From Gammaproteobacteria bacterium (GTDB lineage: Bacteria > Pseudomonadota > Gammaproteobacteria > Pseudomonadales > IMCC2047): a stretch of DNA of 64,000 bases. Below are positions 19,718 to 27,757 of the stretch, one piece after another. Below the pieces are notes generated by a model. It was not told the DNA's origin. It made no database searches and saw only the letters and a list, made by a program, of their open reading frames with translations. The position numbers were made by a program, and so were the translations under genes. The stretch is taken from the NCBI GenBank assembly GCA_021773395.1, contig JAJFKB010000001.1, positions 65,955-129,954 on the forward strand. Reading direction: 5' to 3'. Position 1 is the first letter of the stretch; each line of letters begins with the position of its first letter.

Positions 19718-21145
19718 TCAGCGATCGATAAAATCCTTCAATGTCGCTTTACCCTCGCCTCTGGCTCGTAAACGTTCAAATTGAATGCGCCGTTCGGGAC
19801 TATTTAATGGTGGCTTGGTGGCGTCAATCCCCCAACGGGCCGCAGAACGCAACTTGGTACTTTCCAAACCGGGTATAAGCTCGCCGAGTGGTTCCAAGTC
19901 AAAGGAACGCAGATCCTCCAGTACAATAATACCCTTTGCAGGATCTGCCCTGACCGAGAGTGCATAGATTAATTCGTCGGTGTCTTGAATATCAACATCC
20001 TTATCCACTGCAATAATCATACGGGGCAGAAAAGGCATTGCCAGCCCCGTCAATATTGCATCACGCACTTCTTCACGACAGTTTGCGGTCATTTGAATGG
20101 CAGCACAATTGATCGATGAGTGCATCGGCACCGCCACATCATGCACATTAATTCCCTTGCTACGTAACGTATTGTAAAGAAGCGGTGCGATATAAAATTC
20201 GCAAATACCGTGGTGATCAGTAAATCGCGTTGGCTGAATATGCCGATAAATCGGCTCCTCGCGCATGCTGATAGCCGTGACATCGAAAAAAATCTCTTCG
20301 CCGATAATCGGGCTATAGGTATCAGTATGAGCTGAAGTATGTATATACGGCCCGGCCTGTGGATCAAAATAGCCTTCAATCACCAGCTCCGCATATGCAG
20401 GCACCTGCAAATCAATGGTCTCGCAGCGAGTCACAGGAATGGGTTGCCCCAGTAGAGTAGCCGCCAGTTGCAGTTCGCTATAGCCGGGATGTGGTCCGGT
20501 ATAGACGGCAGCCAATTCGTAAGCAGGGTGACAACCAATAACCATCGCCATAGGAATGGGCTCATTATGGGCGCGATAGCTTTCAATATTTCGCCACGTG
20601 TGTGATGACAGAATATAACACTGGCCGCGTTGCGGCCCGGCTACCTGAACCATTGAAAAGGAGCAATTCTGTACATCTGTACCGCGCTCTTTGGTAATGA
20701 TAATTGCGCCACTAATCGTCGGTATATGGAAATCGGAGGCTTTTAGTTCTAAATGGGGTACGTCAATGCCTTCACTGGGCGTAGCTGCCGGCAAACGTGT
20801 CAAGTCGGCTTCCTGACCCAACCAGACCTTCGCCTTAACCGGCCCGGTTTTAATTTCAACAATATCACCGGGACCTTTGAGCATGCGTTCCGCATAATCT
20901 TGAATGACCCGGTCAGGCGTCGTATTTAAGGCGATCGCCTGATGTTTACGATTGGTTAAAAGCGCATCGACTAACCGCCATCCAGGATAGCCCTCAATAT
21001 GACTAAAAACTAAAGGACGGCGAGCCTCGGAGCAAAGCGCGGGAACTTGAGTATAAAGATTGACCGGTTTGCTGACATAATCTACCCGATCGACCGCTTC
21101 AACATCAGCAAGGTAGCTTCTTAAATCTGCTTTGCTATAGCTCAT
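19718..21145 (-). CDS. UbiD-family (prenylated-FMN-dependent) decarboxylase
   Basis: 475 aa. Overall UbiD-like layout (N-terminal DLRSYL...; central ISGAIIITKE..., VIGCHP). Substrate unknown. Confidence 0.8.
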   Translation of the reverse strand: MSYSKADLRSYLADVEAVDRVDYVSKPVNLYTQVPALCSEARRPLVFSHIEGYPGWRLVDALLTNRKHQAIALNTTPDRVIQDYAERMLKGPGDIVEIKTGPVKAKVWLGQEADLTRLPAATPSEGIDVPHLELKASDFHIPTISGAIIITKERGTDVQNCSFSMVQVAGPQRGQCYILSSHTWRNIESYRAHNEPIPMAMVIGCHPAYELAAVYTGPHPGYSELQLAATLLGQPIPVTRCETIDLQVPAYAELVIEGYFDPQAGPYIHTSAHTDTYSPIIGEEIFFDVTAISMREEPIYRHIQPTRFTDHHGICEFYIAPLLYNTLRSKGINVHDVAVPMHSSINCAAIQMTANCREEVRDAILTGLAMPFLPRMIIAVDKDVDIQDTDELIYALSVRADPAKGIIVLEDLRSFDLEPLGELIPGLESTKLRSAARWGIDATKPPLNSPERRIQFERLRARGEGKATLKDFIDR

Positions 21146-21456
21146 CAGATAACCTTCTGGGCACCAAAAAGTTGACTTGGAATACGCCCCTTATTTAGTT
21201 AAATACCGTAAATCTTTTTAAATTCAGGTCCCACCAAACTTACTCTTTTAAGCTACCAGAGTAAATCTAATCTACGGTACAAAAAGGATAGCTCATGCTT
21301 TTATTTCTCGAAAACGAGGATATGAACAGCTGATGCATCTCTTACTTGAAACTGCGTATGCATTGATTTGACCAATACATAATTTTAACTAAGCTGTTAT
21401 TTGACAGATTATCGCTATGGAATTCGCCTGCGAACAGCCGACGACTAGGAGTTTGA

Positions 21457-22524
21457 ATGGACATTTCAAAAATGAAAACAGGGACCATCGTAACTCTTTG
21501 ACTCACAGGCGCGCTTCTGTTCTCCTCTAAGGGATGGGCCGTAAACGCCAAAGCCCAAGAACTGATGCTGCAGGGCTATTCTGAATGTAAATCCACCCTA
21601 TTACTGCGCCGCAAAGATTTGCCGAAAGCAAAGTCTGCTTACTAAAACTTCCAAAGTCTTAAATCACAGGCTGTATCAATTGATGCTGGAGTTCTTGAGG
21701 CTAAAGATCCGGAAGTGGATCGCGTCGTTGCCTACTGTCATACGGTAGGCGCGGATATCTCTAGAACAGAGGCATTACCTGTCATTGGCAAGGGAACAGC
21801 AGCCTGTGGTGAAGCCGCAAATCATTTCAGGAACAACGAGTTCGATAGCGCACAAAAGGCCTACTCGGCTTACCTGAAGAAAACGCTGAGTATGTGTTAT
21901 TCGCTGACTATCGCGGATAATCCCATAGATAGCAGCGCCATTAACCGACTCAAGAAAAAATAGCTCAGACCAGAGCACGAAGCGAAGAGGTACCGAACCG
22001 TTCAGCACTGGAAAAAGGTCGCTTTATCAGTTCTGATCAGGCAAAAAATTTCTGATCTGAACAAAGAAATTGAAACGTGTCAGGCATCAAAACAACTGGC
22101 AGTTGATGCCAAAGAGCAGCAACTTATGGAGCTGGCTAAAATAGAGGAAGCTCGCAAAAGAAAAGCGCTGATAGAAAAGCAGGCAGCAGAACAAACCGCA
22201 AAGCATTTAGCGAAAGAGCAAGAAACTGAAGAGGAGCGTGTTGCTAGGTTATCCAGTAATTTCAAGCACTACAGATTGATTGAAAAAGTAGCGCCCAAGT
22301 CCCCTGAATTCATCAGTTATAATCGAGTGGGCTACGCAGTCGTGGAATATAATATCGATACCAATGGCACAGTGGTGGAACCAAAGATTATCAGCTCAAC
22401 GCCAGCGCAAAATTTTGACCAGGCAGTGCTCGATGCGGTTAAGAAATGGCGATATAGCGCAGAATTTGGAGATACTGAACCTGATATCGCGCTAGCTCGA
22501 ACCTGGATTCGCATAGTTCCCTAA
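21457..22524 (+). pseudogene. secreted TonB-C-terminal-domain protein gene interrupted by three in-frame stops
   Basis: One reading frame (positions congruent to 1 mod 3) runs 21457-22524 with stops only at TGA 21499, TAA 21643 and TAG 21961. It carries a signal-peptide-like start (MKTGTIVTL*LTGALLFSSKGWAVNA), a coiled-coil KE-rich region and a TonB_C domain (YAVVEYNIDTNGTVVEPKIISSTP...AVLDAVKKWRY). Confidence 0.5.
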
Positions 22525-22586
22525 ATAGTTCCCTAACGGGCAGTTATCTTAGAAATAGACGGCCCCACTCCCCATTTTACCAGGGA

Positions 22587-22793
22587 TCAATAATGCGGCG
22601 GCACCTCATGCTTCTCTTTATCACCAGGTACGGATTCAGCTAGCTCGCCCATCTTTTCTGACAGCAATCTCACTTTTGCTTCCAGCTGGTCGATCGCGCG
22701 TTGCTGCTGGCAGAGTGCGTCGTTCAGCGCCTGCACCGTATCTTCCTGATAGGCGACCTTGATTTCTATATCGACTAAACGTTCTTCATCCAT
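22587..22793 (-). CDS. slyX: SlyX family protein
   Basis: 68 aa coiled coil. RLVDIEIKVAYQEDTVQALNDALCQQQRAIDQL is the typical SlyX pattern. Confidence 0.8.
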   Translation of the reverse strand: MDEERLVDIEIKVAYQEDTVQALNDALCQQQRAIDQLEAKVRLLSEKMGELAESVPGDKEKHEVPPHY

Positions 22794-22814
22794 TATCGCT
22801 GCCTTTTCAAGAGA

Positions 22815-24155
22815 TTACATATAGCGCATCAGCATGGCGTAACCGCCATCCTCTGCCAAATCTGCCGCGACGGGTAGAGGAATGCGCACGATATGGCCTG
22901 AACCCGGCGCCGCGCTCACGGCTTCACCTTTCTGGTTTTCGAGGTGCTCCAGGCTAAAGATATGATTACCCTGGGGCGTAATCAACTCCAGCGTATCGCC
23001 TTTTTCAAAACGGTTTTTCACCGTGATCGTCAACCAACCCTGACCGGTATCCACCTCTGACACCTCTCCTACAAACTGCTGATTCGGGTTGACGGAAGCG
23101 CCCTGACTGTAGTTCTGGTAATCCTGTGGTACGTGCCTGCGATAAAAGCCTTCGGTATAGCCCCGATTAGCGAGGTGATCCAGTTCGGCCATCAAATTCA
23201 TATCGAAGGGCTGGCCCGCGACCGCACTATCGATAGCATGACGATAAACCTGTGCGGTCCTCGCGACGTAATAGTGTGACTTGGTTCGCCCTTCGATCTT
23301 TAATGAGGCCACACCCATCTCAATAAAACGCGGTACATGCTGTACGGCGCGAAGATCCTTGGAATTCATAATATAGGTGCCATGCTCATCCTCGAAGGCT
23401 GGCATCAGTTCTCCGGGGCGCCCCTGTTCCTCAAGCAGCATAACCGGCACCTCCTCAACCTCCTCCGTTGCCAGTTCCGGGATAGTCTGCTGAACCGTGC
23501 TATTGACCGGCACCAAGTCACCTGTTTCTGTTTCTTTGGCTTCATGTGCCTCATATTTCCAGCGGCAAGCATTGGTGCAGGCACCCTGATTGGGATCGCG
23601 GTGATTCATGTAGCCGGACAGCAGACAGCGCCCCGAGTAAGCGATGCAGAGCGCACCATGTACAAACACTTCCAGTTCCATCTCCGGACACTCGGCTCTG
23701 ATTTCCGCGACCTCGTCCAAAGACAGTTCACGGGACAGGATCACCCGGCTCACACCCTGCAGGTACCAGAATTTGACCGTTGCGTAGTTCACAGCATTAG
23801 CCTGAACCGACAGATGAATCGGCATTTCCGGCCATCTCTCCCGCACCAGCATAATCAGACCGGGATCGGACATAATCAGCGCATCCGGCTGCATGGCGAT
23901 CACCGGTTCCATATCACGCAGATAGGTTTTCACCTTATTATTATGGGGTGAAATATTGCTGGCAATATAGAACTGCTTACCCTGTTGATGCGCCTCGGCA
24001 ACGGCTTCGGCCATAATATCCAGGTGATTAAACTCGTTGTTTCTTACCCTTAAACTATAGCGCGGCTGGCCGGCATAGACCGCATCAGCACCATAAGCAA
24101 AAGCATAGCGCATGCTTTTATAGGTGCCCGCAGGAGATAACAATTCGGGTTTCAT
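22815..24155 (-). CDS. yegQ: peptidase U32 family protein YegQ/TrhP (tRNA 5-hydroxyuridine formation)
   Basis: 446 aa. MKPELLSPAGTYKSMRYAFAYGADAVYAGQPRYSLRVRNNEFN and FVHGALCIAYSGRCLLSGYMNHRDPNQGACTNACRW are near-identical to E. coli YegQ blocks. Confidence 0.88.
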   Translation of the reverse strand: MKPELLSPAGTYKSMRYAFAYGADAVYAGQPRYSLRVRNNEFNHLDIMAEAVAEAHQQGKQFYIASNISPHNNKVKTYLRDMEPVIAMQPDALIMSDPGLIMLVRERWPEMPIHLSVQANAVNYATVKFWYLQGVSRVILSRELSLDEVAEIRAECPEMELEVFVHGALCIAYSGRCLLSGYMNHRDPNQGACTNACRWKYEAHEAKETETGDLVPVNSTVQQTIPELATEEVEEVPVMLLEEQGRPGELMPAFEDEHGTYIMNSKDLRAVQHVPRFIEMGVASLKIEGRTKSHYYVARTAQVYRHAIDSAVAGQPFDMNLMAELDHLANRGYTEGFYRRHVPQDYQNYSQGASVNPNQQFVGEVSEVDTGQGWLTITVKNRFEKGDTLELITPQGNHIFSLEHLENQKGEAVSAAPGSGHIVRIPLPVAADLAEDGGYAMLMRYM

Positions 24156-24259
24156 CTTTTACCACTCGGTTGAAAAACGGGCACACATTGTACATCAACA
24201 GCGCAAATTTTATACAGCCTGGGCTGGGAATATCATTCACTCAACTTTCTATAATGGTT

Positions 24260-26410
24260 TCAGGGACTTTGCGTCAGCAAACTCTGCTTGTCCGCATGGG
24301 CGCGCGCAATCACGTAAGCCTGTATGGCTCCAGCATCCACTTGAGAAAGCACTGTATCAAAAGCAACCATGCCCCTGGACTCGAGCGAGCCCTCCAGAAC
24401 AACCTGATTCCAGACAGGGTGCATTTGCGTATATCTCAGATCGGGCAAGATTCCACCACTGATCGCGCTATTGCCATGGCAAGCACCACAGTACTTGTGA
24501 TACAGCGCTTTACCCCTTTCTATGGTTTCCTGAGTGGCTGTTTGCTGAGGAGGATCCAGTATTTTTAAGGTTGTTTTTAACTTGGGTAGTTTCTGCTTTC
24601 CACCCAGCTTAAACACCAGCAACCGGCTCACATTCTGATTGGCAGCTTCACTTAACATACCACCTATAATGAGCGGCACCCCACCTCCCCAGCCGGCCGT
24701 CACGGCGACATACTGCTCACCTTCGACCGCATAGCTGATTGGGGCGGCCATAATGCCTGTCTGCGCAAAGAAGGACCAAAGCTGCTGCCCTTGATCTGCG
24801 TCATAGGCATTAAAGTAGCCAGCCCCATTACCTTGAAACACCAGATTGGTGGCTGTCGACAGCACACCACCATTCCAGATGTTTGCCTGTTTCACCTGCC
24901 AGCGGGGCTGTTGCTTAACCGGGTCCCAAGCTACCAGATAGCCGGTTAACATGGCTTTCAGCGCTTTGCGTTGCGCTTCGTCCTCTGGCATTGCAGCCAC
25001 CAGATCATCAATTCCGGTATTCCAACCAAAATCGCTATATTGAAAATTCCCTTCCAATTGATAGGGGTACGCAGTTTTCATAGTAGGGAGGTACACCAAC
25101 CGGGTGCCGGGGTTGTAACTCATCGGCTGCCAGGTATGCCCACCGGCTGGACCCGGCATGGCCAGGAAAGGTTTATCGTTGCCGTAGTAAGCGTCTCTTT
25201 TAATTGCCGGCCTGCCCGTTTTACGATCCACGTGAGTGGCCCAGTTGATCTCTACGAAAGCCTCGGCTGAGATAAATTCGCCCGTCTCACGATCCAGCAC
25301 ATAGAAAAAGCCGTTTTTAGGCGCCTGCATGATCACTTTGCGTTGCCGACCCTCAAATTCTAATTCCGCGAGGATCATATGCTGCGTAGCGGTATAATCC
25401 CAACTATCCCCTGGCGTGGTCTGGTAGTGCCAGACATACGCTCCGGTGTCCGGTCGCACCGCGACTATGGAGGACAGAAAGAGATTGTCACCACCGCCGG
25501 GACTCCTGATTTTTCGACTCCAGGGAGAACCATTTCCGACACCAAAATACAATAGATCCAGTTCAGGGTCGTAGGCCATCGAATCCCAGACTGTTCCACC
25601 TCCTCCGACTTCCCACCATGCCCCCCCTTTCCAGGTCTCGGCTGCCCGTTCCAGTTCCGGTTGCTCGAAGGGCTCTGCGGGATTACCAGGTACCGTATAA
25701 AATCGCCACACAAGTTCACCGGTTGGTGCATCATAGGCTGAAACAAAACCACGCACGCCCAGTTCAGCTCCGCCATTGCCAATAATCACTTTACCCTTGA
25801 CTACCCTGGGCGCACCGGTGATGGAATAGGGCTTATCGATGGGCGTGGTTTGCACCGACCAGTCAATTTTTCCGGTTTCTGCGTTCAATGCCACCAGCCG
25901 TCCATCCAGCGTCCCGACATAGATCCTTCCCTGCCACGCAGCAACACCACGGTTGACCACATCACAACAGAGATTCACCGCCCAGCTACGCTGCACTTTG
26001 GGATCATACTGCCACAACAGAGCACCCGTCCTCGCATCCATCGCATACACCCGGCTCCAGCTGCCAGTCACATACAGCACGCCGTCCACCACCAAAGGCG
26101 TGGCCTCCATCCCTCTTCGGGTTTCAAAATCATAAAACCAGTCCAACCCCAGCTGACCAATATTATTTTCATTAATCTGCCTGAGCGGACTGTAACGCTG
26201 CTCATCGTAGGTGCGTCCATGAGTCAGCCAATTCTGTGGTTCCCGGTTGGCATCAATAATACGTACAGAAGTCACCGGAACTGGAGCGCTTTCCTCCGCA
26301 GCATCACTACCCTTCTGCCAGCTACAGGCAATAGCAAGGTATAGCAGGATCAGTGAGACAGCACGTATAGAGATTGCTCCGCCTTTGCGCAAGAGTTTTA
26401 CTCGCTTCAT
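24260..26410 (-). CDS. quinohemoprotein (type II) PQQ-dependent alcohol dehydrogenase
   Basis: The ORF is open to 26494, but MKRVKLL at 26410 is followed by a signal peptide. It has an eight-bladed PQQ propeller (the adjacent Cys-Cys in NLCCDVVNRG is the characteristic disulfide ring) and a C-terminal cytochrome c domain with CGACHG. Confidence 0.88.
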   Translation of the reverse strand: MKRVKLLRKGGAISIRAVSLILLYLAIACSWQKGSDAAEESAPVPVTSVRIIDANREPQNWLTHGRTYDEQRYSPLRQINENNIGQLGLDWFYDFETRRGMEATPLVVDGVLYVTGSWSRVYAMDARTGALLWQYDPKVQRSWAVNLCCDVVNRGVAAWQGRIYVGTLDGRLVALNAETGKIDWSVQTTPIDKPYSITGAPRVVKGKVIIGNGGAELGVRGFVSAYDAPTGELVWRFYTVPGNPAEPFEQPELERAAETWKGGAWWEVGGGGTVWDSMAYDPELDLLYFGVGNGSPWSRKIRSPGGGDNLFLSSIVAVRPDTGAYVWHYQTTPGDSWDYTATQHMILAELEFEGRQRKVIMQAPKNGFFYVLDRETGEFISAEAFVEINWATHVDRKTGRPAIKRDAYYGNDKPFLAMPGPAGGHTWQPMSYNPGTRLVYLPTMKTAYPYQLEGNFQYSDFGWNTGIDDLVAAMPEDEAQRKALKAMLTGYLVAWDPVKQQPRWQVKQANIWNGGVLSTATNLVFQGNGAGYFNAYDADQGQQLWSFFAQTGIMAAPISYAVEGEQYVAVTAGWGGGVPLIIGGMLSEAANQNVSRLLVFKLGGKQKLPKLKTTLKILDPPQQTATQETIERGKALYHKYCGACHGNSAISGGILPDLRYTQMHPVWNQVVLEGSLESRGMVAFDTVLSQVDAGAIQAYVIARAHADKQSLLTQSP

Positions 26411-26658
26411 TCTTTCACCCTGAATAAAGTAACCAACCTGGAAATTGTGGCAGGTAAGGACTGAATAATTATAAATGAGCACACCGCTATTCAATATTCA
26501 TTAGGCGCAACGGCTATCCCTTTCGGGAAAAATTAAAATTCCTTATCTGAAGCTGCGGATGCTGCTTTTGGAATCATTTGCCAATTAGTTGTACTATGGT
26601 GCCTGATGATTCATAGGTCACCGAATCACCGCTACGATATCGGTAAGAGGATACGCAC

Positions 26659-27648
26659 TTGACTCTGGTTGTTAGCGAGAAAAAACGGGTAAGAATCAAC
26701 GAACACACCTTCGAATCCCATAATATAGAGGAAACGATGGGTATGGTGGGCAATCATCTGTGGCCCCACCGAATGAAAGTGGCTCAGGCTAGGCGCACGG
26801 TTAATAGCCATATATTAGGACACCTGCTGGGCGATTTTTCCGTGTTGGATCTGGCCTATGGGGCAACGGTTGAGATCAAACCTGATGAAGCTCCCGATTT
26901 TTATCTGGTACACATTCCCGTTTTTGGCTACGCAGAACTACATTACGGAAAGCTCAAAACTACGAGCACACCGGAAACTATCTCCATCTCATCACCTTCA
27001 GCGCTCTCCTACGTGTACATGGAGCAGAACACCCGGCATCTGAATATCCGCTTCGACCGAGAGACACTGGAGGCTCACCTGCAAAGCTTGATTGGACATG
27101 AAATCCACGCACCGCTGGTTTTTCAGATTGAAACACCAAGCCAGTCGGCTGCTGGAGCGGCACTTATTCAAACACTGGACAGCCTGTTTTTACAGGCCAG
27201 AACCGTGCCACAGATGTTTGTTCACAAGCAGATTGTCGAGCAGTACAAGAACCTGCTGATGTCAATTCTGGTCTCCATGTTTCAACACAGCTATACGGAA
27301 CTGTTGCGCAATGGTGGGCATAATCCGGTTCCCTGGCATGTGCGCCAGGCGAAGGATTATATTGAAGAAAATATTACCGAATTTATCAGCCTGGCCCATG
27401 TTGCGGAATTTGTGGGCGTAAGTGCGCGTACTTTGCAAAATGGATTCCGCCAGTTTGAAGGCATATCACCGGCTGAGTATATTCGCGGACGGCGTTTACA
27501 AAGGCTGCATCAGGCGTTGATGTTGGCCGGTCCCACCAGCAAAATTACTGATATCATGCTCGAGCAGGGGATTACCAGTTTCGGTCGTTATGCCCACTAT
27601 TATCAACAACGCTATCACTGTCTCCCCTCTGAAACATTAAAAAAATAG
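26659..27648 (+). CDS. AraC-family transcriptional regulator
   Basis: 329 aa with a TTG start. C-terminal double HTH (ISLAHVAEFVGVSARTLQNGFRQFEGISPAEYIRGRRL). Divergent from the PQQ-ADH gene. Confidence 0.8.
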   Translation: MTLVVSEKKRVRINEHTFESHNIEETMGMVGNHLWPHRMKVAQARRTVNSHILGHLLGDFSVLDLAYGATVEIKPDEAPDFYLVHIPVFGYAELHYGKLKTTSTPETISISSPSALSYVYMEQNTRHLNIRFDRETLEAHLQSLIGHEIHAPLVFQIETPSQSAAGAALIQTLDSLFLQARTVPQMFVHKQIVEQYKNLLMSILVSMFQHSYTELLRNGGHNPVPWHVRQAKDYIEENITEFISLAHVAEFVGVSARTLQNGFRQFEGISPAEYIRGRRLQRLHQALMLAGPTSKITDIMLEQGITSFGRYAHYYQQRYHCLPSETLKK

Positions 27649-27757
27649 CACCCGCATGTACATCCGAGCATTTTATGAGTCGCCTTTCGTCTGGCAAAAA
27701 AAGGGGATAGCCCTTTCGGCCACCCCCTTTCAAAGGGCAGAATTTAGCTAAGCACCA

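Noticed and set aside
21499-21501. Possibility that the in-frame TGA encodes selenocysteine or is read through.
   Set aside because: It lies in the hydrophobic core of a signal peptide. I saw no SECIS-like hairpin immediately downstream. The same frame also contains TAA and TAG stops. Simple nonsense mutation (TGG to TGA) is more parsimonious.
21342-21551. 69-aa minus-strand ORF overlapping the start of the TonB-like pseudogene region.
   Set aside because: It has no recognisable features. The opposite strand carries a signal-peptide-like start in the frame that continues into the TonB_C domain.
23337-23951. 204-aa + strand ORF inside yegQ. Similar long antisense ORFs occur at 25850..26344, 28946..29491, 43540..44091, 56116..56637 and 19143..19598.
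   Set aside because: Each lies entirely antisense to a gene with strong family motifs. Their translations are low-complexity, Arg/His/Gln-rich and motif-free. These are shadow ORFs.
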